Source of the DNA: Lingula anatina
Lineage: Eukaryota > Animalia > Brachiopoda
Length of the DNA: 64,000 nucleotides
Reading direction: 5' to 3'
Assembly: GCA_051362555.1 (NCBI GenBank)
Contig: CM120640.1
Coordinates: forward strand, 5,208,001-5,272,000
The position numbers and the translations under genes are program-made. Shown here one piece after another: positions 49,807 through 64,000 of the stretch (positions within the stretch are counted from its first letter, which is position 1; the number at the start of each line of letters is the position of its first letter). Below the pieces are notes generated by a model. That model was not told the DNA's origin. It saw nothing but the letters and a program-made list of their open reading frames with translations, and did no database searches.

Positions 49807-52800
49807 ATGGCAAGTCCTCGTACTAGAAGAGTGCTGAAAGAACTCAAAACAATTGACAATAACGTAAGTTATCTTCGCTGTCATATGCTCCCGTAGCCTC
49901 TGGCACTATGGCACCCCAGTGAGACTATAGTGTGTGCTCTCAATGCAGTGGTCACTTCTTATCTGATCACAATGTGAATGTTGTTATAGGAACGGTCACC
50001 TCAGTTCCAGCTTATGATGACAGTTTAGACAGCATTTTGATCGTGAAATTTAGTTACTAGTAACTGGCCAAAAAAGAAAGTCATATTTTGTGGCCCAGAG
50101 GCAAATGACTAAATCATTTTAGAAAATTTAGAACTAAAGTTTTCAAAAATCAGAAGAGGAAGACGGGAATTCATATTTTGAACCATATGGTATAGAAGAA
50201 ATGATGAATATAACAGCACTTGTCTTGAAGTAATAAACTCCTTTCCATTCAATTCATTTTACTTTTTAAATTTTTATTAAAATAGGACTAAATACAGTTA
50301 ATGTTAAGGCCGGTGATAGTAAAAGGACCAAAGTCATAGAAACAAAGCCCTGGGCTTATAAGTTTTTATAAAAAATTAAAACAAACTTCCCAAAAGGCCA
50401 ATTAAAGACGGGGATTAAGTACAGTGTCCAACGGATGACGCTCTGGCGCCAATTTGAGGGGAAAAATGCCGTTTTCAGTATTGGGATTTTCTCTATAACC
50501 AAGACAGCTATTCAAGTGATTCAAAAGGCCTCATAAAGCTGGGTGAAAGCACTTCAGCGCGGTACCAGGGAATTGTCTTAAACTATTTACTTTTGATTTT
50601 ATCATCTTTTACGTTAAATTACCCCATATTTCAATGGCTTATTCACTTCAAAAGGCGATATCTTTCAAACAAACAATTTTCTCTTAAACCCCTGATATCA
50701 TGCTGTAGTCCACATTCCTAACAACAATAGGTGCAACTTTTGTAACGATCGGTTGCTCAGATAGTGAGATATACTTGGCAGCGATTCACTTATCTCGTCA
50801 ATATAGAAAGCTGTTAAAACAGCCAAAAACGTTCACAGGTTGGTTAACAGGGCTTATTAGTCAAATGCTTAGCTGGCAAATTTACCTGTTATCGGTTATA
50901 CGATCAGCTGGAACCATTGCTTATTGTCATCTAAAAATATTTTGTTTGGGTGCTTTGAAGGGGCAGAAAATCGTGCTTTTGTTACATTTTCCGACCACTC
51001 GTTAGGCATGTAAGCGTGCCGCCATTTTGATTGACAGCTCTGGAGAGGGCCCTAGCCTTGTGATGCCCAGTAGGGTGTCAAGGATATGTAGAAGGAAGCG
51101 CTAACAAAGGCGATTACGTTTAACCGCAATTAAGAGGTGTGAAGTTGCATTTGAACGTTTCAATGGCTCTTCCTCGGCAATCGAGTAATTTTACCTGAGA
51201 GATTCCTTCTTTGTTATCGGCAAAGTGATCAGATAAAACTGTGTCGAGAGCAAGTGTCCGTCACTTGTGTTGATACGAGTTTTTTGACGGGTAACGCTGC
51301 AGGATTATTTTGCACGGCACTTGGTAGTCGTCAGATCAACGGAAAAATCCAGTGATTACTTCAGAGCGGTCTCGCTCAAAATGCCAGCTAAGATAAAGGG
51401 GAGACGCTCAGCTGCACAAGATTCAGCGGTAAAAGTGGCTGAGAGAAGGCTTTTGAATAAATATTTTATTTTTACACACATGACACTTAGACCCTATTTA
51501 CTTTTTACCTGCTAGCCTTGACTATTCTCGGGGTCTTTTTGTGATTTTCATTTTTGGACACTTGAACTCTTTCTTCCCGCTTGATCAGTGATTTTGAAAT
51601 TGTTTTTCTCCAAATATCGAAAAATGCAAAGCCGCTAACATGCGTTTTTATTTTTATTGTTTTAATCATGCTGTCAACCTTTGCTTGGATTTCTCTTGTT
51701 TGGCCATTCAAATCACAATTTTTCGCGTGTCTCTCAAGCTCCATGATATCATATCTTGGAGAATAAAATTTTATTTTGTCAACATTAGATTTACCTTTTG
51801 CAAACGGCGACCAACAATCATTCCTGGTTTCGTAACGTGTCGCAGATACGCTCGACGATATATATCGCAAAAATTAAAGGCTAGGCTAAAAGTATCCTTT
51901 TTTAGCTTTTTTTATTTATGTTTTTATCGATTTTTCTTTCATTTGTCAATTAATTTAGACGTTTCGATTAACTCTTTCACCCATTTATTAGGTATACAGA
52001 AATCAGTCATCCGACTGAACAAATAGGGCCGGTTTTCCCCAACCGCCACGCATAGGCCTTACTCTCAAAATTTTCCTTCTTTCCTCTGGAAAGGGACTTT
52101 TAACACGAACTTTTCTCTTCCCCATAGTGTACTAGCTAGACTTCTTCGCTGCTAAGCTGATGTAAGACTTATGACCTATTACCGCACACGTAATCGGCTT
52201 ATAACTCATTAACTGTGCTCCGACCCCCTCATGGCAACGGCCCTTAGTAACAGAGGCGTGGCTTAGTTGTCAGCCTGACTGGGGCGCGTGCCGGTTGAAA
52301 AACTCATCAAAAGACGCATTTTGCGATGCAAATTCATAAAAATTATTACATCCAACGTTAGATACTTTTTTGATTAATATAAACACACAAAAAACTCAAA
52401 AACACGATTTTAAGCGTATTTAACCCTATCACCGACCTTAAACAAAAGAATCATATATGATCATGTACTGAAGTTATATAATCTAAATTTGTTGTAGTTT
52501 TCCTATTCTGTGCTATTGTGTGTTGTTCTACAGTACAACTTCATAGTTCTACGCCTTTGCTACATGTCCTGTGCCCAGTATCTGACTATGTATGACTAAA
52601 GAATGGAGAAAGATTGTATATAGGCTATAATATATTGCACTAGATAAAAACTTCTTACTCTGGATTATTTGTTGAACAGATATATAACAGATATATTACA
52701 TTAATGATCACTGTTAATATAGAATGATGAATCTCTTTATCCCTGTTCACTTTCAGTTTTGCTTTGAATGTGGAACTAATAATCCCCAGTGGGTTAGTGT

Positions 52801-54386
52801 AACGTATGGTATATGGATATGTCTGGAATGCTCGGGAAAACACAGGGGCTTGGGAGTCCACCTCAGGTAGGTTATTTTTAAAAAATTATACAGAATATAT
52901 ATCTGTGTGTGTGATTAATGTGTGGGCTGCTTCTCCCACATCTTTTGGTAAAACAAATAAACTTTGAAGTCATTCTCTGGATGTTGTAAGTTGTAAAATG
53001 ATTTATATTGTGTATGTATAACAATATAAGATGCCCTGTTCTTTGGCTTCAGTTTTGTTCGCTCAGTTACTATGGACAAATGGAAAGATATTGAGCTTGA
53101 AAAAATGAAAGTTGGAGGAAATCGAAAGGCAAAAGAATTTTTCAAGTCCCAGCCAGATTACAAAGAAAACTGGAGCTTACAAGAAAAATATAACAGCAAA
53201 TGTGCAGCATTGTATAGAGATAAGGTTTGTATATGTGGTATTTTGATTAGATTTTGATTCTATGAAAGAGCAGATTCTGTGAAAATGTAACTTATAAATT
53301 AGATACATATTTTGTTTCAAATTATTGACCATATTCTTCCCCCACGGGGAATGTATTCAATGTCTATTTGCAGATTAGATGGCAAGCTTTTTAGTCAGTC
53401 ACCACCTCTAAGTGAAGTTAACCTCTAACCGTTTATTTCAAATGAAGACCTTTAAATTGTGATATCACCTTACACCTTTAACATCAGATCCTGACTGAGG
53501 CCTCAGGCAAGCCATGGTCTGAAGCAACTTCCTCAGCCAGGAATTACGTTCCCTCCATGCCCCGTAACTTCAGCACTGGTAGCCTGCCTGCTGGTTCAGG
53601 AGGGAGCCGCAGTGGGTCCTCCTCTAACTTGCCCAGGACAGGGAGTTACAATCTCAGCAGTAATCAGGGGTACCAGTCTCAGCAGGATGATATGGAAGCT
53701 TGGTTAAACAGGTGAAATATTGCACTCATTTTAATATATATATAAACTGCAGGCCTGTAGCCGGGGGTGGGGGGAGGGATTACAATGAGCTGCCCTATTT
53801 GCTGGGAAAAGGTCCACCGTGGATAAAATGTGATCGAGGTACATGAAGTTTTCATGGAAAAATGTCCAATTTTTTTGGAACCCCCCCCTTTTGAAATGGC
53901 TAAACTGTCACACAGGGGTAGAGCACTTAACACCAATAGAATTGTCTTGTTTTTTTCATATAAAGTAATACAAATTTTGTTATCCACATTGAAATCAGTA
54001 TATAAGGAAGACTATGAATGTTTACATATTCAATTCTCAAAAAAATTTTATTATAATTATTTTATTTTTTATAATATCATAGTTTGTATTGATATTTCAT
54101 AAGTCTTTTCATTCAGTTTTGATGTTAGTACTTATGTGCACATAGAAAAGTCTCCATTGGCTTGCTGTATTCTTATTGGTGATGTGTACAACATTATGGT
54201 ATTCGTATTTCAGTGAATCAGTGGTCAAACAGAAGGAAGATTTTTTCAGCAGGAAGTTGGATGAAAATGCCAGCAGGCCAGAGTAAGTAATAAGAGGAAG
54301 GATTTCCAAGACCATATGTTATGTTGATAAAAGTTCATATCAGTCTTTACAGTGTTAATTTTATTTTTATTTATTAATTTTTTTTT

Positions 54387-54461
<75 letters not shown>

Positions 54462-57400
54462 TCTAAATTTCCAGTGAAACTTAAACCATGCATACATGTT
54501 CCAACAATTTTATATATTTTTCATAAATTAGATAATAAGTACATTTTTAAATGTATATATAAGCACATTCTTCAAAGAGCTGTGTTATTTGCCCAGAATT
54601 TACTTTCTATGGCATACCTAAAACTTGAAACCCCTTTCATTTCTTTGCAGTAATCTCCCACCAAGTCAAGGTGGCAGGTATGTAGGATTTGGCTCGACTC
54701 CCAACCCACCCAAGAAAGATGACGACTTCATGGCATCTTTGTCATCGGTAAGTAATATTGACTCCAGGGAGTATTTTTCTGCATTTAGTTCATCCAGTCT
54801 TTCAAAATCATGATAAGTTTCTGTGGTGACATTGTCTAGTGTTTCATATCCAGCAGTGAATTTTGTCAGTTGTGTTTTGCACTCAGAGTTACAGTTTCTC
54901 AAACTATGGCTAAAGTGAATCATTGCCACTCATATGTTTCATGCAAGACACTGAGCTTACCCATTGTTTGAAATTACTATTATTGTTACTTTGAAAACAA
55001 CACACTTATGTTGAATGCATCTTATTTCTCATGCGCAACAGAGTTAATATTTAAACCCAATAATAAAGACATAAGTAGAATCAATGCATGTCTGGCAGTA
55101 CAAAGGGCAGTAGTAGCCTTTGCTGATAAGAGGACTACAGTATTTACTCCTCACCTTGCAAATTTATATAAATAAGTTTTCTCATAAAAAACTCTAAAAT
55201 GATTTGGATACAGTGTAAAACAAAGAAAAAAGAGAGATTTTTTTTTTCACTGTTGCACCATTCAAAACAATTTTTTTGGTAATCGCACAACAACATCGCT
55301 CGTTAACCCTTATCTTTGCATGAGTCGGAAGGATCCAGAATTCACCGTAGATTGGATTTCAAGGTGTGTATCAGTACGCACTTTGAAGTATGAGACACGG
55401 CACCCTCTTGCCTGGTATGCATGCCTTGCTGATACTTCAAAGTGTGTACTGATACACACCTTGAAAACTGGTAGAGTGATCCAATCTACAGTGAATTCTG
55501 GATCCTTCCATCCTGTGTCTGGTAGTTGGGATGGCATGAACACTGATGTGTATAGGCTTGTGACTGCATTGAAAGGGATTGCGAAGCTGAGGGAAGGCTT
55601 CCCAACTACCACAATTACTAGTTTGTGTGGCATACAGTGTAAAAGGCATTGGTGAATGTAGTCAAGGAGTTCTTAAAGATATGAAGATATGATAAATAAT
55701 TTGCTACAAAATTATTAAGGTGTTCCTTACATAATAGGTAATAATATTATATCTTACAATATGTGATTATAGTAAATCCACGTAATACTGTCATATATAC
55801 TGGTGTGGTGTTATCCGTTTGTATTAATACATTCAGAATCAGCAACATGCTTATGAGCAAATGATTACTTCTCACAAGTAATACAATATTATCTTGTGGT
55901 TTGTCCAGTGCTTCACTAAACAATCTAATAATCTTTATATATTTTCTAGTTTTGAAACCATATTTTATAGCTACAATAAGAAGTGATTATTTTTAAACAG
56001 TCTAAAATTGCTTATAACCAAAATTAATTATATAACCTATAATGATAAAAAGATGTTGTCAAAATGATAAATGTGTCTTACTTGAACCCCAAAGAAATTC
56101 CAAAGGATTCCAAAGCACATGCATGTTACCATGCCAAATTTAATTATTAATAAGTGCATCAACTGTTTTGCCTGAGTCAGATAAAGAATAGCGCTTTATT
56201 AGTGGAAGTCTGGTGTCCTTACAGGATAGATTGGCTGCCTGTAAATTGAGTGTCAGTCCAGTGACATTAATATTCTAATAACTCACTTTGCAATATAGCA
56301 AATGTTATATAATTTCCCAGACTTGGCAGTCACAATCAGGCCTGATGAAGGAAATTTTCCCCACATTAGGCCAAGATTATATTAGGTAGAACACTGTGTT
56401 CTCAAACTTAGACAATAATATTCAGATCCTTTATTTGATGGAAATTCATTTTGACACTTGCAAACTGCTTTTGTTTCACTAAGCATAGTGAGTTCAAGGT
56501 TTGTTAAGAGAGAAGTAGGGAGGTTATGCTTGATAGAATTATAGAAATCAAAATCATTTGATCATGTTCCCATCTAATTAAGCCTAAAAGCATGGGTGTA
56601 CATTACTAGTGAGATCTGATGGAACAAAAAGTTGATTTTTGCATTGAAACTGATCCAACTTGTCTTATATAATATATTGTTGTCATCAACTTTTGTATTG
56701 CTTAATAAGTGCTTAATCAGCACTTATATTATGTGCTCTTTTACCAATATTATGGTTCTTCAAACAATTATTCAAGATGGATGCCTCAAATCTATCTGTG
56801 TTTCTTGATAATATAGGTGCATGGAATTAATTGATCTTTCTAATAACGATACTTGTACCAATAAATAAATGTAAGTCATCATTTCGGCTCTAAGAATTAT
56901 TCAAGTGTTATGAGTCTCTTCCTCTACCCAGTTGTTATCAAGCTAAAAAGCTTAAAAGGCAAGTAGAAGTCAATCTCTTCCCCCACATCTGCATCATAGG
57001 ATACATGATTTAAAGTCTGTATAAAATGTACGGTTAATACATTAAGTAAAAAAGGTTGTTTTTTATGCACAGACTTAGATATATAATGTATCTTTATATA
57101 TGAGGCAGTGAATGCCTCTGTAACAATTGTTGGATAACACAAATAATAGTTTATTACATTATGATCTTCTTATGTTGTCACTTCATTGTTTGTATAAATC
57201 AATGATTCTTTCAGAATAACAAAGTATACATTGATCTGTTGGTCTTTTTATCTGTTAAAATCCTACTGTAATTTTATGATTCTGTCCCCAAGAAAAATAA
57301 AACCAGTCTGGCTGTCAAATGATATGACATTGAATATATATATCTTAAATATGACTTCAGCTGTTTTATTATCTAGAATAGGCCCTATAAATCATGTCCC

Positions 57401-60400
57401 TACTTCTCACAGTTTCTGTGTTAAGAAACAAGATTGATTACTGTCCATGTGTCTTTCAGTTATGAGTGGGACATGTATGCTCAAATTAATTAACTTTAAA
57501 TGCAGGTGGCAGTAGCAGTGTCTCCTGTTTGCTATTGCTGAGAACTGTCTGCCCACATCTTTTAATCTGTCTAGCTCATATCCCAGTAATAATGACAAGT
57601 GATGATGGATTAATAGATTTCATTTTGATAAATCATTGTCCATCTTATTTCTTATCAAATGCAGTTTATTATTACCATTCCTGTACTGAATTTTGCATCC
57701 TAAAGAGGGTGATATTGGGTTTGGTGGTTTTGGGTTTGAACTTAGAAATATAAAAGATAGTAAAAAATGGTGTTTAAACATATTACCTCACATCTGTGGA
57801 ATAAGATTAAAGTTCGGCTGTCAAGCTACGTAGAAATCCATTTATATTCATGTCACATTCCTTGAAAGAAGACTGGAAAGTGTTCGATCCAATAGTGCGA
57901 AGGTGAACTATGTACTTTCTATAAAGTAAGCTGCTCGTTCTTTATCTAGAATAACCATACTGGAGACAGACATGTTTAGCAGAGCAATTACAATATGTTT
58001 ACATAGATAAAATGTTCCAACATTGAGTAAGTACACGACATGTTTTTAGCTTTTAGATTTAAACAGTAGAAAGAGAGATATAAAGCAGCAGCATTAGAAA
58101 ATCTTGATAATGTCCTCCGCAGAGGTACATTTTTCTCTTGGGTTGTATGGCGCCAGCTTCAGTTAAACACTGGCTGGTTTCCATTGAACTCTGCCAATAA
58201 GCCTCCACTAATTGTATTTCTCTGTACATGGAAGGCTGTAATATACCTTCCACACACTTAGTCATTAAAATATGACAGCCCATCTGCTGCAGATTTTGCG
58301 TTATTACCACACAGATTGATGTATTTCTTTTATGAAGTAGCCATTAAAATAATGAAGTGCAGTGAATTCAATATCAGTCCACAAAAGGTGAAAATATCTG
58401 AGCACTGAAGGTAACTGTGTGATGTAGACAATTGCTGGTAGAATTATGAAAGGTCATCATCTTTGATACAAGACGAGTCATCTCGGCCTGAAAAGATCTG
58501 CCTAGCTGTTTACCTAGTGCAATACTTTGAATATGGCACTGGTCATCATTGAAATAATGATTGCTGGCATAGCAGAAGAGAAATGACACAATGTATTGAT
58601 TTATATTCTTGCAGGGTTGGGCATCTTTCACTCTCGGTGCATCCAAGTTTGCTGCCTCTGCGTCAGAAAAGGTGAGTGTTGTATACCAGACTTGTGTGGG
58701 ATGGATACATATGGCGGTGTGATTTTGACGTGTAAAAGATTAAGTAGATTTTAAGGGGAATATGAGACTCTTAATGAAAATTCTATAAAGACTTCGAAAA
58801 TTGTCCACTTTTATTACTAGCACTCAGTGAATTTCAGCAAAACTCTGTTGTAACTTTTTATGAATTTTTGGAAAGTGAATTAATACAGTTAAGATATATT
58901 TTGCCTGCTTAAATAAGTAGACATTTTAGCTACTTAATAGTTTGTAATGTGATCATTTAATAACTTTAATTTCAGCAGTGCTTTTACATTTTCATGTTTC
59001 CTTTAACAGGAATAATACAATATATTTCTCTCTGCCAATATTTATTAATAGCAATTTTTTGCCTTCATATTGTTTTCTGATGAGTTTTTTTTTTCTTTTT
59101 TTATAATTGCTCAGAAAGAGGGTATGTGCTAGTATTCAACCAAATTGCCCCACTGTGGTTTATTCTTTAGCTTCTTTCTTTATCATTTTGATGAATGATG
59201 CTCTTCTAACTGTTAGGTTCACTAAAATAGACCCCACAGTGCACATTTATATGCCCACTTCTCTGCCTCAGTCACAGATATTAGATTTCAATAGAGTTAG
59301 TTCAGCAGATAAACGGTGACTGAAAAAAAGACCCTTGTATCCTTTTCACCTTGCTTAACTTGTAAAAGGTATCACATGTCCCACATATAGTAAAAATGGT
59401 ATTTTGTCGGGGGTAAGGAATAGTAGGTAACACCCCTATTGAGTAAAGAATGATGTAATCTAATCTACCCTGGCAAGTTTATCACTGAAAAGATGGTCTA
59501 CACCTTACCTGCAGATCAACACAGCTAAGTGAGGAAGGAAAGAAAGTCATATTTTGTAACACATCGAACATCTTTTAGTTTCATAAATGATGTTATTGAA
59601 TTTAGCTTATCAATGATTCAGTCCTAACTTGAGCTACGGTGACTCATATCTTGTCTGAAGAACAGGTACACTGAAAGACGGCAGGTATATTTTTTTTCTT
59701 AATCTTCACAATTATTTAGGCTAACTGGTGCAGTCTTTACTAACTGCAGGCTGATAAGTCTGATGCCAGGTGCTTAGTAGGATAAGTATGTGGCTTATTT
59801 GTGTGATTGTGCATACAAGTGTTGGTTTACGTCATTGCAGTGATGAAAATGTTCAGGTGACGAAAATGAGCTCTGTCATTTAGTTTCATAATTTATACAC
59901 AGTGTCTGATAAAATGTCAACTGTTCCTGAAATCTTTTCTTTCTTTTGAAAATGTGTGCATGTAAGATTTCAGCTAGTCTTGCCAAAGACTGTTACTCTC
60001 AATATGGATTTGGTGTCAAATGTTGACATTTCTAATATGTACGTAACTGCACCACTGATTATACTCATTCTCAAAGTTTCTCTGTAATTCATGCCCCAGT
60101 TTCCAGTACCATGAAAACACCAACATCGGAAGGTGCATCATTGGTTTTCTGCTTGTTTTAGCAAAATGTCACTTCAATTTGCTACCTAATAAATTTGCAT
60201 TGGAGACAATCCAGGGCAAAATTGATTCTAAGATGGCTTGACATTTAGCAAAGTTGCCAGTGCAGTTTTATTAGGTTGAAACTGTTAGATAAAGCTTATA
60301 TTTAATAAAGGTGTGTTAGCCAGGAGTTATATGTGCCAGATGTGAAGTGCATTACTGAAATGACAGTCTACAGAGGAAGTTAAGTCTATTATTTATGAAG

Positions 60401-61685
60401 GACTCAAAATCTAAGCATACTCATGATCAGTAGCTTTCACCTCTGAGTACATTATCATATCATCAAGTCCTACAGTGTGTACCCCCTTGACAAGGATATG
60501 CAATATGTTTGGATCATGATCATGCAGGGTACATATTTGCAGAAAAAAAAATTCTCCCCCCCCCCTCAAGGCCCCTCTTCTTTCAAAAGGAAGTTCAGGA
60601 AAGTATGGAAGAATACATTTATCCATCTGTTATTTGAAAGTAGAGCTCTTTGTCCACCCATCTCTCCATCATTGCTGTAATGGATGCTGTCAGTTCTGAA
60701 TTTTATGCCCATCTTGATTTTTTCTCACTTTAACACTTTGCCAAGGAGGTTATGTTTTCACCCATTTGTTTTTTTAATCATTTTATCTTTTTTTTAACAA
60801 AGTTTTAAAGATCTTGTTTTTGATACCCAAGCATTTCACGCTTTTGGCAATCTCTTTAATAATAGTGTTCAAACAATCTTTTACAATCTCTTTCAATCGT
60901 GTTCAAACAATTCATTACAGTCTTTGTGGGTGATCCTTTATTCATTAAAAAAATTTCTTATCTGAATGACTCAAGACATAATTAGGCCTGAAATTTCATA
61001 CACCCAACGACAAAAAAGTTATGGTGTGCCTGACATATTTTTGTGTGACCATTAAGGCGTTTCCATGAAAATACATGTCAATGATTTTTTTTGCCATTTC
61101 AGTTTGAACTGACCAATGTGGAAGGCAGACAATGATAATATAATGATAGTGCTAAGCTAAGTTTGCCATCATATCCATGTTATGTGGTTATTTTGTTCTG
61201 AATTTTATGGCAGCTGTTCCTGTTTTTAAAGTCCAATCCATGTCCTGTGCCCCATTTCCACTTATGCAACTAGAATATCAATAGAATTGGTTCTGTTTTG
61301 AAGGAAGGTTAAGTACAAAAGGCTCCTTTCAAGCAGCTGGCGCAAATTATCAATGTGTCCCATGTTTTATGTAGTATTTCAGGTATGAGTGAGGGAGATT
61401 GCTGGCTAGGACAGGTGCACACCCTCCCAAGGTCTGTAATGTGGCTGTTGCAAGGCAGATTATATATATATAAAATATATGCAATGTGAGGCATGAGAGT
61501 ACATTCCCCCTGTGTCACAGTGTTATGTTATATGGCCTGAAGTACTTATAGGATTTTCAGTTCTTACACTTAATTTCATGAATGTCTATTTCCAGGCGAG
61601 TCAACTGGCAAGCACAGCAGGACAGAAGACTAAAGAGTTGGGTTCATCACTGAATGAAACTATTGTAAAACCTACCAGGAACAAG
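49807..61685 (+). CDS. ARFGAP1: ADP-ribosylation factor GTPase-activating protein 1, 3'-partial (continues beyond the window)
   Basis: Exons 49807-49863 ([13 protein letters not shown]), 52757-52866 ([35 protein letters not shown], ArfGAP zinc finger), 53053-53224 ([24 protein letters not shown]), 53488-53711, 54214-54282, 54651-54747 ([14 protein letters not shown]), 58615-58671 ([17 protein letters not shown]-like) and 61596-61685. No stop codon was found inside the window. Confidence 0.95.
50308..52437. mobile_element. Kolobok-like non-autonomous DNA transposon (about 2.1 kb) in ARFGAP1 intron 1
   Basis: TTAA|GGCCGGTGATAG ... CTATCACCGACC|TTAA: TTAA TSD (50304-50307, 52438-52441) and 12-bp TIRs with one mismatch. 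The GG..CC termini fit Kolobok rather than piggyBac (CC..GG). The interior is visibly richer in CpG than its flanks. No transposase ORF recognised. Confidence 0.8.
53750..53902. mobile_element. Possible truncated CAGGCC-terminated MITE
   Basis: Starts CAGGCCTGTAGCC and ends GGCTA (right TIR incomplete). AACTG occurs on both flanks, and there are G/C-run subterminal tracts. Confidence 0.4.
54391..54460. repeat. (TG)n microsatellite
   Basis: Direct inspection. Confidence 0.98.
55320..55538. mobile_element. Degenerate palindromic MITE related to the 40859-41409 family
   Basis: Internal inverted repeat (GGATCCAGAATTCAC...TTTCAAGGTGTGTATCAGTAC / GTACTGATACACACCTTGAAA...GTGAATTCTGGATCC). Shares ACACACCTTGAAAAC and GTCTGGTAGTTGGG with the 41300-41409 arm. 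Confidence 0.75.
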
Positions 61686-64000
61686 GTATGTATAACTAGA
61701 GTTCTTGTTGTTTGCCCAAAGTATTTTCCCTAATGAGGGCAATTTTCTAGGAAAATAGAGAGGGAATGTAATACTGTCTCTGTATGTTTGAAAGGAAACT
61801 ATTTCTGGTTTACTGCCTATTTTCATCCATTTTCAAGGGATAACGAGAGTTCAAGTCATTTATGATTAATTTAATTAATCAAAGAATGGTTAATTTATAT
61901 TTTTTTACTTTATGAGAATATGACCTTATTCAATTCGGCAGCCTGCTTACACATAACAGCTTATTCAAGTTCACATGGCAGGAATTCTAGAGAAATGAGC
62001 TTTTTCACAGAAACTAGCTATGGCTGAATACCCAACTGCTGCTGGCAAATAAAGCTATCTTTCCTATTTACCAATTTACCTTCAACCTTCAGATGGATAT
62101 TGACTGAATAGCCTTTTAACTTCAGGCCAAGCTTTCAAGGAATTATTTAGATTGTTTATTGGTCCTATTTTACTCTTACTGGCACTCCTAATTTTCAACT
62201 TATAAATGGTGGTAGCTTTGGTAATAGAGATGTTTAAATGCATAACATCCTCCAGTGGTTATTTACAATTAGAAGAGAATGAATTGTTTTCATAGTATTC
62301 TAAAAAACATTCTAAAATGTAGAGGAGTGATATGAAAATACGGCTTATTTTGTGAACAGAAATCACCTCTTTATATGATTCTGCTCGAAACAAAACAAAT
62401 TATCTTATAGTAGTAAGGTTATTTAGTACAAGCTGGAATTTTTTCACTATTAACGTACAGCCAAAACTTGTGAGGGACCCTCATCAAGTCAGTCTGATAA
62501 AGGCCTCTGACGGGTTTGGAGTAAGCTAACTGTGAGAAAATTATCAGTTTTTGCTAAATAGCCTTTATTAATCCAACTATCAAGCAAATTAACATTTTGA
62601 TCAAAACAAGTATGTTTTGGATGTTTTTGAGAAAGTGTAAATAACATAACCAGAAGGTATTAGTAAAAGGCAGGTGCAGGTAAAATATTCAAGGTCAAGG
62701 TCTACTTCTCAAATCACATTATTTGTTTTTACTTTATTAAGCGCACAGACATGGTGGTCTGGGCTGGTTAAAAAAATCAAAGGACTGAAGGATGTCCTGC
62801 ACTTTTACACCAATATTTCAGTCTGCTTCAGTTCCAACATTAGCCATTTCTTTCATGTTATAAAACATGCAGAGCATTTGATCCAAGGTATCTACCACAA
62901 ATGTACCTTTCAAATGTCGACCAATTTTAGTTTACAGTTTTAATGTGAAACTAGCCCCATGGGGACATTTTTAGATTTTTTTTTAGTCTTTTTGATATTA
63001 GGTACTTCAGGTTTAGCCCAGAATCTTTTTTTTTAATCAAATACAGGTAAAAAGAAGTAATATGGTTGTGGGAGTAAGTATCATGATTAGAATTTTAAGT
63101 AGTGTTGTTTCTAGACAAAATGAACCAGATTGATACACATTATTGCCATAAATCCATGTAACAACGGTATCTTTCCTTTTAACATTCTAAATACTAGGGG
63201 ATCTATGGTTGGGTAAGGAAGTTGAAAACTTTCTTTGAAATATGTTTACAGTTATTCACCCTGTTACTTTGTGGCTTAATTTTGTTGTTGGTGTATCTTT
63301 TTGCATTATTGCTTTGACCTTTAATTGAGTTTTGGGAGTATTAAGTTCCTGTTTTAATGTACTACCAGTGGTATAGCCAATGGATCATTCCACAGAATTT
63401 TCTCCATGGTGAGATATTTGCTGAGTCAGTAGATTTTTCCAATTTTTTTCTTTCCCACATAAATAATATGAATAACAATAAAAAAGAAAGAAAAAATTTG
63501 TAAGATATATTTATACACACACACATCTTTTAACATATAAAAAAATAATTGTGTGTTTCTTGTGTGTGTGTAATATTATGACAGAGAAATATGTGGAATG
63601 GCCCAAACTGAAAAACAAGAAAGTACTTCAAAATTCAAAGTCATGCCTCCTCTACACAAGGTATTTGGCAAGTAATTAAGTGTTTTGATTAAAAAACTAT
63701 TGAATATTTGATATGTTTTGGGTTCACATCTAGCAAAATCCTATCATGCCTACACAGAACATTATTTGAATTTATTAAAACTTACAAACTCATTAAGCCA
63801 AATTTTTTCTGAGAAATATTTTTTCTTATGGCCATGTTTTGATTTAACTGCACTTGGGGTCTTTGTTGTTGCACACAGCCTCTTTTCAATATTTGAAGAG
63901 TTTATGCATTTCTGATTCTCACATTTAATTGCGTATTCAAAAGGTGTTTACAAATGTGCGTGAGCCATATTGCACTGCATTGTGGCACAGTTTTTCAATA

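Noticed and set aside
51505-52026. 121-aa and 128-aa ORFs inside the Kolobok-like element as a transposase or accessory gene
   Set aside because: No recognisable DDE, THAP or zinc-finger motifs; overlapping low-information ORFs on both strands.
62090-62165. Acceptor-like sites after the last seen ARFGAP1 exon (e.g. a MDID* terminal exon)
   Set aside because: No similarity to the ARFGAP1 C-terminus that I can recognise. The next real exon is probably beyond the window.

Overview
AT-rich, intron-rich animal genomic DNA. It is probably a marine lophotrochozoan or mollusc, inferred from OvoA, the LpR/VLDLR-type receptor and HINE-type repeats. It is not prokaryotic, and most ORFs in the supplied track are exon fragments or noise. 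Four spliced genes can be rebuilt by hand: (1) the 3' part of ovothiol synthase OvoA (+, 977-~7035); (2) a complete 8-LDLa VLDLR/lipophorin-receptor-like gene (-, 23982->11673); (3) complete TAF2 (-, 49334->29113), with two minor-spliceosome (U12) introns, one apparently a rare AT-AA intron; (4) the 5' part of ARFGAP1 (+, 49807->beyond 61685), head-to-head with TAF2. Repeats include two near-identical Helentron/HINE-like elements carrying 146-bp tandem arrays. Each unit holds a PPRE-type DR1 (AAGTAGGTCAAAGGTCA), and one array lies 2.2-3.9 kb upstream of the lipoprotein receptor, whose proximal promoter also has SRE and CCAAT motifs. There is also a 2.1-kb Kolobok-like element, several MITE families with 5-bp, 6-bp or TTA target duplications, a perfect 37-bp intronic hairpin and microsatellites. 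All coordinates were read by eye and may be off by a few bases.
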